From assembly GCA_951406725.2 (NCBI GenBank), contig OX597816.1, forward strand, positions 110,918,001 to 110,982,000: 64,000 nt of DNA, read 5' to 3'. Numbering within the stretch: position 1 is the first letter of the stretch; each line of letters starts with the position of its first letter. This document shows, piece after piece, positions 38,560-52,999 of the stretch. The stretch comes from Octopus vulgaris. Taxonomy: Eukaryota. A program made the translations under genes and the position numbers. The notes below the pieces were generated by a model. The model ran no database searches. It had not been told where the DNA came from and was given only the letters and a program-made list of their open reading frames with translations.

Positions 38560-38757
38560 GGGCGAAACGCTTAGCGATGTTTCATCTGACGTTACGTTCC
38601 GAGTTCAATTTCCGCCGACATTAACTTTGCCTTTCATCTTTTCGGAGTCGATTAAATAAGTACCAGTTACTCACTGGAGCCGATGTAATCGACTTAATCC
38701 CTTCACCTGTCCTTGTTTGTCCCCTCTAGGTTTAGCCCCTATGGGCAATAAAAAATA
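38560..38757 (+). mobile_element. tRNA-derived SINE (family A, 5'-clipped)
   Basis: gagttcaatttccgccgacattaactttgcctttcatcttttcggagtcgattaaataagtaccag. Confidence 0.85.
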
Positions 38758-38892
38758 AACATTATATATATATTTATATATATATATATATATATAAACA
38801 TTATCGAACACACAAGTTACATGTCTTTTCAGTTCGTAGACAGGCTGTGATTGTAGTCGTAATATTATATATACATACATACATATTTATAC

Positions 38893-38934
<42 letters not shown>

Positions 38935-41892
38935 ATATATATATATTTATATATGTATGTATAGATATATATAAACATATATATATTCTTATATATATCC
39001 TTATATATATTCCTATATATTCCTATTATATATATGTGCATGTGTGTATTTACATATAGATATACATATATATGTATGTTAGTATATATACATATATACA
39101 TATGTACATATTTGTTTTCATCGGCGTCCGTATGATACAATTATTATTACCATCATCTTGAGCAGCGCCAGTACCATCATTATCATTACCAACATTAAAA
39201 CTCTCATCATCGTCCTCCTCATAGTTTTAACATATTTTGGACAAGTCCATCATCCAGATATTATTTATCTCCTTTCTACGCTTTTGCCTCATCTTGAAAT
39301 TCAACTTTCCGATGCCTTTCTTGGGTATATTGTGCTGCAGGTCATTCTTCCTGCTTTGCATTCGCTTTCTTTTCACGTAACTGCTGTTATCTATTTGCTT
39401 GATATGTCAAAACTAGTTAAAATGCTTTCTTGTTGTGTCACTACATCTTCCTTTCAATAAATAATCTATATCCTGCAACAATATGCAGTTCGTACAGGAG
39501 ATTAGTAAGCAAATGGAAATACATATAAAAGAAAAACGACAGTATTGTTTCGTTTTGGCAATATACTCGAGAAACCGAACTATTAGAATGCACCTTCTAA
39601 CAGCAAGAGAGATCTTTACTTTAATTATCTTTTAACTAAAGTACTCTAGACAGATAAAATTTAGATTTATGTTATTCTTAGCATTTAGATTACTTTATAA
39701 ACGAAATAAAGAAACTGATCCGTCAGGTTATTGTAACAGGCAATAATTCATGTTGATTTACTAATAATATAATATGGCTTCTGAAGTATTTCAACCCACA
39801 ACAATTTAACAATATAATCATAATGCTTCTTCTCACAATGCTCAAGATGTTGAGATAGAAAAGGAAGATATTCATTAAATCTAGCATTTAAATTATTGAT
39901 AACTCATTTTTGTCTGTAAGGAAGCTGCTTGTTCTTTATTATTCATCATACATGACTTTGCTTAGATTATGGTAAATGTTATTAACTAGCATTCTGTTCT
40001 GGAAGAAATTTGGCTTTAAAATTCTCTTAATGTTTGAGGAATTTAGAAGTTGAATAGATTTTGTGATCGATTAACACAGACATTAAATGTTTAAGCAGGT
40101 TAAAATAATTGTTACTTTAAAGAGATCAATAGCTCACATGATACAGAATATATTTCGATGGGTGAAGACGTTGCTGATAAGACTCGAGACATCTTTACAA
40201 CATAGGAACATAAGTTTAAACCCAGTTGATTGATAACATTTGACTTTACTTGGAATTCTTCTTATCTGCTTGTAAAGTTTAGTTAGACGATATATTGATT
40301 TCTTTTCACTAGCAACAACCGACTTTAATAAAAATGCAGATGATTGCACCAACCGTCGAACATGACACGTACTAAAGCAAGTCTACTCTGGTAGAATTTG
40401 AACTAAAAAAGTCATGGTAAATAGCGTATTACATTTAGTAGATTACACTACACAACCTTATGTAGTCACTGCCATCGTCTGCGTTAAAATATATTTTTTT
40501 AATCAAAAGATTGGTATTGGTAGAAAGTAGGGAATGTTAGCAAATTCGCCAAGTCACGTAAGAAAAAAAAACATTTGATGCTTATTCGTTTTTAATTCCA
40601 GCGTCGCGCGCGTTAAAGTACCCTTGGGATCGATCTAACATGTTATTGTTCCATCATGAATGGCATTGTTATAGGCCATGTATTGGGTTTAATATATTCG
40701 ACGATACCTCTCATGTGACATGAAAATAAAATGAAGTGTTAATAGTATCTATATGAGGTTATTGTTTTAAACTATGATTAATATTGTGTGTAATTTGTTA
40801 CTATTCAAATAAGTAGAAAATCAATCAATTTTTATCACATTTAGTTGGTGTAAACTAAAATTCTATCAGATAGATATCGTATCACATCAATGTAAACTAC
40901 TCTGTGAAAAAATGTAAGTATACATTTTAGAGAGAAGTTGTTATTTTTCTTAAATATAAACATATATTTGCAAATAAGTACACATTAAAAGTGCCATATT
41001 GAATATGTTATAGACTATACTATCTATTCGTCTACTTATTCATCATTCTTCTAAAACTATTTGTTTGGATTCATATTTTGTTTCAATATCATTTTTAGAT
41101 TAGTAGTTGATAGTTTATGAATTGCGCTCTAGGAAAGGGAGGTACTTGTAAAGAAAAATATAATGCATTTAGCATAAAAGTATTCACACTATCGAATGTG
41201 TGAATAAGAAAATTCAAACGTTCTGTAATGTAATCTGTAGGACACAGCAGCAGAGACAAGGTGTGAGCTACTGTTGTATTTCTATTTTAAATTCCTTATC
41301 ACAGTACCTAATAGTAGAATTTACGATAAAACAGCAAGCGTTAATTTATGTTTTGTATTGGTTCGGTCAGTATTTTATAAACTAATACCAAGTATTAATA
41401 TAAAAATGAAAGGCCAAACAAAGAAATATTTGTATACATATTAATGCAGGCTGAATTTAAGAAATGACATTCCCGTTTAAGTCAACAGTCACAAATATTA
41501 AATTGTTAGTCTTCAAATTGTTCATGCATTTTGTTTTCTTTTGTCAATTTAATTACATTTGAAATTTCATTCAAATTACATATTATAACTTTTGCAGGGA
41601 TATATAATATATAAATGGCAGTGTATATATTCATTGACTGCATTCACCAAATATATTTTACATATGGGAGGTAGTTTCTGTATAAATTAATGATTTTTAC
41701 TGTGCCATATGAATTTAGTACGTCTCCACTATAGATAAAAGATAATTATACAACAGTTACAACAGGTATTTTCCACATGATGAGTTCGTTCCAAAACAGA
41801 GAACGAATAAAAATGTTGATTGTAGGGATAATAATCTTTTCATTTATAGTAACAAGTAATATTTACTGAAATCGACAAAAAGTGACTGGGGA

Positions 41893-41929
41893 TTTACGAC
41901 GTTTCAAACAGAGTCCTTCTGCAGGAAAA
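41893..41929 (-). ncRNA. degenerate minimal hammerhead ribozyme
   Basis: Minus strand reads uuuuc CUGCAGA A GGAC ucu GUUU GAAA CG UC guaaa. One core substitution (A6C), palindromic ACGU helix III, GUC site. Confidence 0.55.
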
Positions 41930-42936
41930 CGTTGGTAAGAGTCGGAGGGTTGATGGAGTAGAGTTCTATAAATTTATATTAGAAAAACAAAAACTCATGA
42001 GGAAAGCAAGACGACGTAAGTAGAGCTTAGTAGGAGACAGGAACATATTGAGAAAAGTCGACAGCAAAAAGAATGGAATGAGGAGGAGAAATGGGCGAAG
42101 GCGGCAGTGAAGTACGAGAATACCAGAGGTGAGAGGCGAGTTAAGAGATAAAATTTATTTCTGAACAAAGCGATGTTTGAGTAGAGAGTAAAACGTTCAT
42201 ATAAATCTATCTGTGACATTGTAGTGCATATATGTGTGTATAATGCATACCATCATGAATCTAAAGATCTGAAGTAACTGTGAATTAGAAAGTATTCCTG
42301 TAAAAGAAATATAATGTTAACACGTTCCTTCTTTTGTTACACGTAGATAAAGAGAATCAGTTTCCCGGTAAACATGCGAATCAATACACACTGAATACAT
42401 TCGGTAAAATCGCATTCAGCGCTTTAGTAAACGAGTGAAAGTGAGACAAAGATGGATCACTTTGGTTTAAAATAAAGGAGGCAAAATATTGTTGCTACCT
42501 TGAATTATCCCCAAGTGCAAATTGAACACTGGGACCGGTAGATAATCAAGACTGTTTACCTGAATATAATATTTAGGGCGACAGTGATAGAAATGAAACA
42601 ATAGCTTACATTTCCTCCAACGTTATGTCCGAAATGTATAGAATACGGATATGTAAATATCCACAGAAAAAATTATCTATAACTATTTTGTGGGAAGCAT
42701 ATTGTAAGTCCTCAAAAACAATAAAGTGAAGATTGATACATAATGAAATAACATAACTCAATTACACACCATGCATAACTGGGCAAGCTCCAAAATAAGA
42801 AGAGTCTATAAACTGAAACCCAACACGAGAAATTGAAACAGCATAGAAAGAGTCCCAACAAAATAAGAACATATCTCATGGACACAGAGGTACGCTGTAG
42901 TTGCAGTAGAAACCCGTATGAAACTCCCGAGGAAAA

Positions 42937-42975
<39 letters not shown>

Positions 42976-43734
42976 CATGATCATGATTGTCTTTTACTAA
43001 TTATTCTTGTATGTAAAAAGTATTCTCAAATTATGTGAGTTGAAGTTATAAGCATTTGAATTAAAGTCTATATTTTTGAGCGTGATAAGAAGATAGAGTA
43101 ATAAGTTTGTTAATTTTTTCAGGTTACAATGTCAAACATATAAGAAACCTTTCCAATTTTGAAATGGGTAATTTGAGTGCATTTTAGTAACTATTTCTTA
43201 TAGTTCACATCGTCTCTTTTCGCTTAGAAGTTTCTTGTTGTTGTTCGGCCCAAGGCCAACCCTGTCTTAGGTACCTAAGGCATCCGTACTTATCCAAGTC
43301 TGAGTGTTATTTAAAATCAAATTATCTAAAATGCCTTTCACATATTCCATATGATATATAATCATTCAGTCATTAGGTTGTTATTTGTAACATGTAGAAC
43401 AACTTTATATTGATTCTTTCAGTCAGTTAATGTGAAATGTTAGGTAGAAAGACAAAGATATGCAATTATATTTTCCTTTTTTTAACAAGAGCTGTGTGTA
43501 AATTGATAACTTATAGCATATTAGTAAGGCGTTGTAAACATTTAAAACAGAGAGAAAAGGTAGGGAGAGAGAGGGGAAGAAGGAAGGAAAGAAAGGAATA
43601 ATTTAGAGTACCCAAACAGGAATTCAAGGGATGCTTCGACAAATGTAGATTTAGAATTTATTAATGAATTTTGTGTGTGTTACGTAACCGCAAATCAGCA
43701 CTGACTAAGCTCATTAACTGTGCGTAAATCGTAC

Positions 43735-43865
43735 TTTAGCTGTTACTAGGATTATATCATCCAGTATTTCCTGTTCTTTCTTAGAATAATAGATTGTGAT
43801 TGGAAAGAGCTTTGGATGCATTTTCAAGCACGTCATGTGATCACGTAGGGAGTCACTCATTGAAA
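43735..43865 (-). CDS. candidate coding exon (131 nt), product unknown
   Basis: Strong acceptor ccctttccattgtttcctctgcatag, donor aaa|gtacga, open frame SMSDSLRDHMTCLKMHPKLFPITIYYSKKEQEILDDIILVTAK. Confidence 0.25.
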
Positions 43866-45465
43866 CTATGCAGAGGAAACAATGGAAAGGGTACTTATAA
43901 ATACGTATATACAAGAATGGAAACAAGAGAAATTTTTAACTCCATAATATTTTAACTCCATAATATTCTACAATTTAAGCCATTGACATTGAAACAAAAT
44001 ATCCTGAAATGTGTATCATATTTCTTTGAAAACAATATATAAATATCACCTAAAGTCAATACACTCGCTCAAACACTTCTATTTCAAACGTTTATTAGTT
44101 TGCAGTATATTTTGCATAAATATAACAAAAATAGTGCCGGTTTACAGTATTTGATAACTTCACCTTGATTGTCTGGCAGTATTTTTTTCTTTTCACTTTT
44201 GTGCTGATAAGGAAGTTAAGATTTCAATATTATTCACTTCCCTACACACCTACAGTTGTATGGTGATATACGTAACGGATTATTACACTAACACAGACCC
44301 ATGTTTATAGATGATTGGATGGTAACGAATATAACCGAAGGAAAATGTTTACAACAAAATTTGTTTGCATATTAGGAATTCAGTTCGACAGGTCCTTGCA
44401 TTTATTATTTGCTACATATTAATTACATTTAACTGGGCAGAAGGATAGTCTTTATACTTAAAATGTATACTCGCTTAAAATTATATCAGTTTTTAACGTA
44501 AACTGTGTTATTATCCCACATGTGATATGCATTTCCTAATTACTCCTTACTGGTGGACAAAGGTTGCATTTATAGTAGCAAAATAATTACTGGTCAATTT
44601 GACTTTTTAGCAAATAGATTTATGGAAAAACACAAATAGATATTTATTGCAAAACGATCGAAGCTTGCTTAATACGGGTTCAAGCGGATAAAATATAGAC
44701 AAGTACAGTGGTAGGAGAAACATGTTGACAAGAGTAGGGTATTTAGTCGTGGTTGTGTTCAGTGAGTTATTTCATAAACCCAGTTGAATTCGCGCAGCTG
44801 GTTTGACAATTGCGTGCTAATATTGCCTTGGGGTGACGAAATATGATGTTCAATAGTCAAATCAAAGGAAGGCATGGAGTGACTTAATGATGAGCAATAA
44901 CGTGTAATTAATTGTACTATGATTTGGAATAAAGATTTATGCAGTAAATCAAAAACAGTTTTATGTCTTCATATATTTCATACGTTGTACTTACAGATTC
45001 AGAGCACAGTCAAACAAAGTCGGATATGAACATATAACTCAAAGGTGAAAATCATATACTGCAAGGAATCAAGTATATCACGTTAAGAGGTTGAATCTCT
45101 ACACATAGCTTAAATGTTTACATATAAATAGCTAGAATATTGTATGATTTAGTAATTATTTATAGTAAAAGCATAGTTTAAAAACATCAAATTATACTTC
45201 AACAAATTTTGTTTGAGTAGGTATTAGAGAAATCATAATCAATAAATCAATCAATAAATCAATATACCTTCATTTTAGGATGAAATAATATTAAGTCATT
45301 TAATGATTATCGCATGAAATGTATATAGGCACAATCGCATATATCGACATGCACATCTCAACGGGCAGATACAGTTACAAATATTCGCATATATATATGT
45401 GTGTATATGTATATGTAAATAAGCATATATATATATATAGACATACATATATACATATTTATATA

Positions 45466-45508
<43 letters not shown>

Positions 45509-45819
45509 ACGTATATATATATATATATATGTATATGTGTGTGTGATTGCTTCATCCTGACAGATGATAGCCATCAACACACACACACATCACACCCCCA
45601 CCACGTAGCACAATCTCTCCGTTGATGACCCCTCAGATGCTGACTGACTGACAGGGTTTGAAATACAAGTAACAGATATTATTCAAGTTTCCTCTATAAG
45701 CCCTTTGAAATCTGATTCTGAAGGAATGTTTTTGTGAACTACCATATGTCTTTTAAGTGACATATTGTACAACCCATAAAAGGCGATTCATATTCAAGAT
45801 TATTATCTACCTGTGCATT

Positions 45820-46857
45820 TCGATTTTCATGTCACTTCATATCATTCACGTATCCTGCTTTTGATAATAGAACACGGTCACATATAATTCATATCCAATG
45901 TTCCCTGTTGATTTCATTTCCAAATGTTCCTTTGAGACAAGACCTTTTAAACTCGGAGTGCTGAATCATCTTTTCCTCCCAGGAATTACAACCAGTCCTA
46001 ACTGCGCCTCTCCACTTGTTCCGATCTAGAACACCAATTTCCCAATCACTTTTGTTCATATCTAGTTTCTTCAGGTTTTCCTGCACGCAGCCTTTATACC
46101 TTTTTCCTCGAATCATGTTGTAGTCGCTTACCAGAGTTGATCTCACTATAAAAAAGATACTTTAGCAATTGCTTGTCTTTTATTTTTATATCAGGTCCGC
46201 CCATCTCATTCGAGCCAAGATAAAATGTTGTTCAATTGAGCTACAACGTGCCATGGGCAAAACTTCTGTATCTAGTATGAAACAAAACCACTTGAATCCA
46301 AGATACGTCTGAGGCACTTTTGATGAAATCTCACCTGAACGTGGTCCACGTTTCACTCGAATAAAAAAGTGCAATCAATACACACGTTATATAGACATTG
46401 ATTTTTGTTTGCAGGGAAATACCTCTATCCGCGCTCACTCGCTTTTCGAACTTTCTAAGTGCAACACTTCACTTTCCTATTAAATATTATATTTCTGCAT
46501 TGTGACAGTGTGTTTCCAAGGTAAACAAAGGTATCAATGACTTCTAATCTTGTTCCATTCACAAAAATGTTTCGTTCACAATGTTTGTCCCGGTGCGGGA
46601 GTAAACATTACTTTGGTCTAACCAAGACTAATTGTGAGTCCGAAATGTAGACATGGAGTGGAAAATCTGTCCATTATATGTTGAATATTCCCCTCTGAGT
46701 GTGCCAACAAATCAACATCATCAGCATAAAGTAATTTTCTAACAATTGTTTTGAAAGTCTTTGCTTTTCAGTTAAACCGGGTCAGATTTAAAATGCAACC
46801 AGATGTCCAGTATGTGATTCTGATTCCCTTGTTGCAATCCTTGAAAGCATACCAAAG
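45820..46857 (-). mobile_element. RTE-clade (BovB-like) LINE, 5'-truncated and decayed
   Basis: Minus translation AKTFKTIVRKLLYADDVDLLAHSEGNIQHIMDRFS..FGLTISL..TKVM, later RMRWAD, KRYKGCVQENLK..WEIGVLDRNKWRGAV and a terminal CDRVLLSKAGYVN. Confidence 0.88.
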
Positions 46858-46875
46858 CAATGCAGCAAAATTCAT

Positions 46876-47254
46876 GTGATAGCTCACCATTAAATGATAA
46901 TGCTCCTATTCACACAGCTAAAGATGTTACTGAATTGCACGAGGAGCATTCTAGTGAAGTTGAACATCTTATCTGGCCACAGCAGTCCCCAGGTCTCAAT
47001 ATTACTGAACATCTATGGTGCATTTTCGAAAAAAAAACAAGTAAGGGATCGATATCATCCACCATCATCACTACAAGAACTGGAAACTGTTTCCGCTGAA
47101 GAATGGCCAAAATTACTTTGGAAACAATTCAAACTTTGTACGAGTCCATGCCTCGTAGAATTCAAGCTGTAATTACTGCTGAAGGCGATTCTACACCGCA
47201 CTAAAATAGGTTTGTTTAATATTTTAAGGTGTCTCCATTATTTTGTTCAACACC

Positions 47255-47256
<2 letters not shown>
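46876..47256 (+). mobile_element. Tc1-family 3' fragment
   Basis: DNAPIHTAKDVTE..LIWPQQSPGLNITEHLW (DD34E region), LQELETV.AEEW, LYESMPRRIQAVI, and TIR-like ggtgtctccattattttgttcaacacct before (TA)n. Confidence 0.85.
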
Positions 47257-47294
<38 letters not shown>

Positions 47295-48184
47295 CATACA
47301 TACATACACATATATATATATATGCATAAATATACGTGTATGCATATACGAGTATATACATATATATGTGTGTGTCTGTCTGTGTGTGTGTATGTATATA
47401 TATATATGCATATATACATACATATATGTACATACCTACATCTACATGTGTATATATATATATATGCATATATGGGTACAGGACACAAAAAAAACGTAGA
47501 ACACGATGAGAAACGAAAACATAAAAACAAAAACATGGAAACGGACTTTTTTCAAACAACGAAAAACAGAGTACAAGACATACAACATAAGGAATATTCT
47601 CCTTCTTCAGTTGCCCCTGTTTCGACTACTCCGTGTTTGCTATTTTTATACAAGCTTAAAGCTTATTACTGACGACCACGTACTGAAAGGGAAGCGGCGC
47701 GGCGTGATGCCGCGCGTTGTCCGGGAAGGAAGGAAAAATTAATCGAAACGAAATCCGAGTACATATGTATTTATCAAAGTCATTTACTTATCTAATTAGT
47801 TTATTGCCACTCTGTTGAATTTCATAAATAAAAGTAATATACATTACTATATATACATACGGGCATATTTAGACAATAGGTGGGATCTTGATATTCTTAG
47901 TATACAAAACCCGTCGTAGTTCTCAAATGTATTTGGACTTAAGCTTCGAAAACTTAATCGGAAGCTAGCACCACAATGCCAAGCGTGACTATAAGAGATA
48001 TCCAAGGTGATCTGATATGGAAATAGTAATGCAGATAAAGGCAATTACACTTCGCATATATCTTGTACATCGACAGCTGTTTCAGGAAACAAGGAGTTAC
48101 GTAATAATTGTACTATGCATAATTTTCAGGTGGAATATACAATAAGTATTGGGTATGCAACCAGTCAGTTGTAATATGGATATA

Positions 48185-48400
48185 TTCTTTTCTACCCAAG
48201 GTACAAGGCCCGAATTTTTTATTTATTTTGGGGGCGGGGCAGTCAATTAGATCGACTCCAGTATGCAACTGGTACTTAATTTATCGACCTCGAAAGGATG
48301 AAACGTAAAGTGGAATTCGGCGGAATTTGAATTCAGAACGTAAAGACAGAAGAAATACCCCCAAGCATTTCGCACGGCGTGCTAACGTTTCGGCTAGCTC
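48185..48400 (-). mobile_element. tRNA-derived SINE (family A)
   Basis: gatcgactccagtatgcaactggtacttaatttatcgacctcgaaaggatg...gcatttcgcacggcgtgctaacgtttcggctagctc. Confidence 0.85.
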
Positions 48401-50303
48401 CATTTTTAACATTACATATATACACACATATATACAAAACTATTTATCTATGAGCCTATTTAGAAATTGGCTTCTATTGTTTGACAAATCTGGATTGATC
48501 GTTCGATTCAAAGATTGGGTACACCAGCATTCCACCCTGGTCAAGATTTTTTTACTGTCGTCATAATGCGATCTCAGTTGTGAAAACTATGGAGATCTTT
48601 TAGAGGAATTTCACCTTATATAACGTTACATGTGTCCTGTTGCCGTCCAGTGTACTTTTTCACGGATACATACGACTGATTAGCTGAAGACAATCTGCCG
48701 TAATGAGCATTAGGGTGAACTATTGTCAACGAACATGTATAAGACATCTATAATATTATGTAAGATGCACCCGATATAATTGTAAAAAATTGTAGTAGCT
48801 TAGTCTGTTCCATCTGTTATTTACAGATCTGATCTTCATAGAAGACGAACGGCATTGATGAATAAATTTCATTGATCAGTTATCGAGTCATCTGTATTTT
48901 CCATGTAAGCTGCGTTCATGCCAACTGCGTTTTGCAACGATCCCGCGATTAATACTATCATATATGTATATATGTGTGTGTATGTGTGTGTGTTTGTGTG
49001 TGTGTCTGTGTGTAGATAGATAGATAGATATGGATATGTATATTATCGACTACTCATACTCACTGTATAAAGAGCGCTTACTTGCCAGCAGGATGTAAAT
49101 TGCCGCCTACCGGCAAACAGGGGTCTGTTTGGTACATGGGATCGATAGTGTTTATAACATACCGCTGCTTCTAAATCGTATTTGAAGATATAATTGTGTG
49201 TGTGTGTGTGCGTGCGTATGTATATATACATACATATTTATATATATTGATAGTTATTCATATATACTCACATGGAATTATACATGCCTATAAATATGCG
49301 TGCGGGTATGCAAGTGTTATGCGTATATGACCGTGTTTATAATGATTGTGCATAGCATTTTTCTGAGGGTGCGTGCCTGTGTTGTAATGAATAAACAAAA
49401 TCAAGTAAATAGTACAAAGGAATTTTACAAGGAAAATTATACAAAATAAAATTAAGTCGGATCAATCAATGCAAAAGCTGATTTTGTTTGGAAACAAAAA
49501 TTGAAGGTTGTATTTCCTATCGATATCACAAAACCCTATTTCAATTGACAGATTATCAATGAAAACAATCGTGAAATATGAATTCTCTTTCTAATTCACA
49601 AAATGCCTGTCACCAATCATAGAAGGCGGATCATAAAGTGAATGATCAAATATTCTCAATTGCATGATAAACAAAACTAATCACTAGAATCCAAAAACAT
49701 TAAAACTGGTATATACTGTCAAGATACAACTGAGTAAGATGGAAAATATACGAGTGTTCCCTGTTTTCTTTTCTGTCTTGTAGGATCTCCTTTGTATTTC
49801 AGAGGGAGGATGAAAGAATTTCCTATACAATAATCTATAAAGGAGATATAATATAATCAGATTGAAGTAGTGAAGTAAGGGGAGGGTGGTTGAGTGCATT
49901 ACTAATTTTTTTCGTTTTTGTTTATCCCATCTACACCGTTCTTGTTTAATCCCATGTCAGCACCTCACATCCTGCAAATGAGGGCAAAAGCTTTTTAACT
50001 GCAATCATCACATACTATTTTTGACGAACAGAACCGACGGATAAGTTATTTAACGTATTGCTAAGTTCGTAGCACGCCATAGTTTTTTTTCACTGTTTAT
50101 TTTCTTGTGGGTCCAGTGAGCAACAAATAGATGGACAGTGAATGATAACCATCAAATATTACAGTTTTCCTTCGTTTCTTTACCATATTTTCTACTAAAT
50201 AAACTTACCATCGTATTTCTCTGTTCTTGTTTCTTTTGTAGTAATTAAGTAACCACGCTCCGTAATGTATCTTCAGTATTACCTGTACAACGCTGAGGTA
50301 GTA

Positions 50304-50845
50304 CAAGATTTTCCTGATAAATTGAAACAAATTTAAGCAGTTAACTAATTGCGTTTAACATTTCATTGTTTGAACAACACCTTGCTTGAACATCTAATCG
50401 TCGTCTTTATTTTTCTGATAAATAGCGAACTGATTCGACAACAGAATTGTACCGCCCTTGCTGTTTTGGCGCGCGCAGTGCACATTGCCAATAAAATTGT
50501 TAAGTTGACGAAACTTCCAAATGCAACAGTTTATCGTGTGTGTAAACAATTTAAAGAGAAAAAGATTGATAGAAAAGAACGCAAGACTCGAAGTGACTCC
50601 AAGCGCAATCCAAAATTGCTCGCTGGCCTCAAACGCTCGATTGAAGGCAACCCATCCCCTTCCATGACACCTGTTGCAAAGAAAAGCAATGTGATTTTTG
50701 CCACGGTGTGCAGAGCTTTGAACAAGAACCTTGGTATGACTAACTATGTTCAGCAATGCCGTCACCTCCTAACAGCCAAGGCCAAAGCAATCAGAGCCGA
50801 GGGATGTCGCAAGCTTCTGCCTTTCATCAAGCATCAAGGTTGAAT
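50304..50845 (+). mobile_element. Tc1/mariner (DD37D/maT-like) 5' fragment
   Basis: ORF 50349-50843 reads ..ATVYRVCKQF..RKERKTRSDSKR..IEGNPSPSMTPVAK..V..ATVCRALNKNLGM..RHLLTAKAKAIR (paired HTH plus linker). TIR-like TA|caagattttcctgataaattg upstream. Confidence 0.75.
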
Positions 50846-50952
50846 TCAATGGAGGTATTCTTGATCAATTCTATGAAGTGTTGACTTTCCTGCTAATGGA
50901 CTACTAACCCCAAGATTCCGAAATCGATTCCAGGCAGTGGCCTGTACAATAC

Positions 50953-51119
<167 letters not shown>

Positions 51120-51120
51120 T

Positions 51121-51272
51121 CGAAAAATACCTTAGGAATGAGAACCTAGTTTCGAAATTTCCCGAAGACACTTGATGAAGGCTGGAGGGTCTATCAGCCA
51201 CAACTTTGTGTTAACAACAAACAAGATGAGGACAAATATCCATAAAATGTAAATAATATAAATAATGTACAT
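51121..51272 (+). mobile_element. short hammerhead-bearing repeat (PLE pLTR/retrozyme-like), core mutated
   Basis: Highly similar to 58770-58930. The core reads UUGAUGA..CAGCC-ACAA instead of CUGAUGA..CAGCC-GAAA. Confidence 0.75.
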
Positions 51273-52999
51273 TATTTTAGTATTTATAATCAGTTTTATC
51301 GTAAAAATTCTCTCAAATGTTCTGCAAGACCTTGTACATTGAATAAATAATCTCCTAGTGTCCATCTCATGAATATGTCAGGAAACTATTATCAGAAAAT
51401 ATGGTATTCGCTAAATAGAGATTGTGCGATCTTGGTAGCTCTGCGCATTAAAGAACAGTTTTGTATTAAACGCAAAATATCTTCAGAGATTCCATTATAG
51501 TCAACCAGAATTAATATCCTCCACCAGACAGCAGATTGTACTCGCCCTCTCTCACACACGCACACACACACATACATACACACACAAACACACACACAAA
51601 CACATATATATATATACATATATTGTGCGTGTGAGCGTGTGTGTGCATGTATGTGTGTGCATGTATGTGTGTGCATGTATGTGTGTGCATTCCACTCACA
51701 GACACTGTTGCGCACACATTCATAGATACATATATTAAACTGTGCACGCACACATATATACATATAGTGGCGTATGTACGTACATGCGTGTGCGCACGCG
51801 TATGTGTGTGCACGTGTGTGTGAACGTGCATGAATGTTATTTTATAAATTTATGAAAGAAAGAAATAAAGGAAGCTTCAAAAATGAAATTAAAGTAAAAT
51901 TAAATGTGATCAGATAAATCAATACAGGGATTGGTCATGCATGTAAAATATAATAAGATCAAAGAAATATTAAGCTTATTTCGTTGTCATGGTAACTCCA
52001 AGAAAATACTTGATAGATCAACCATGAAAATGAGGTGTTTTGTTTTGTTTTTCATAGCACGCCATCAAAGGGAAAAAGCATTGAATTGAACTTAGTATGA
52101 TGAGGAAACATTTGTCAATGATATATCCTTTGTACTTTTCACTACAGAGTACTGTAACCAACAATAATACCTTATTTGTAGCTTATGAGATATTAGTGGA
52201 TATATACAAGGTTAGAGACTCAATATTGTTGAGTGTGAAATTGCAAAATTCGATCGGTAAACTGGTAGCTTTCATCTTCTAGGGAATGATTAGTAAGTGT
52301 TATACTCAGTAATAAGTGCAATGTAATCATAACGGGAAGAAAATGAGAAGGGAATGTAATGCTTTATAGTTATTTGTGAGTGTGTGTGTATGTGTGTGTG
52401 TGCGCTCGTTAAAGCAATACCATGTACCATTAAAGTTATTCTTAAAAAGAATTGCGTTAGAGTCGCTCATTTAAGGCATTTTGTTTCATTAGATATTATG
52501 TGCAAATAGTAATGTAATTTGATGAATGATATTGCTATGATTATGGTGTAACAAATATGGAACTTAAGTGAGCTACAGCGAGAAATTAAGATATGTGTCT
52601 ACTACATACAATTTCAGTCACTACAGACATATTACAGGGTTTCTGGTTCACAAAGTATACACTTAATGTATTATTTTGATTTCGTATACTTATTTTACTT
52701 TCTCTCTGTAATGAAATCTCATTGAATCCTTCTGATTGAATTGAATTTAGTATATAACTTTAGTTAAATATCTTAACTAATAAAGTAGACTAGATTTGCG
52801 CTATATAAATCGCTTTTCTCCATTTTGTACTATTCCTTCTGTTGATAGAGCTGTATGGACAGATTTAGCCGAGAAAATTAGGTAACTAATTATTTTATCA
52901 GAGCTTTTTGTTGCTAGGTGATTGTAAAGATAATGTTAAATCATAGAAAGTTAAAACCACTAGAAATAGTTTCAACAGAATGCAAAAACATGGGGGTGA

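Noticed and set aside
42640-42985. Possible LINE 3' end with a (GAT)n tail
   Set aside because: No clear peptide motif could be read.
47585-47640. Minus-strand GAAAC...CUGAAGAAG hammerhead-like words
   Set aside because: GAAA precedes CUGAAGA with too little sequence for helices III and I, and no GAAA follows the hairpin.
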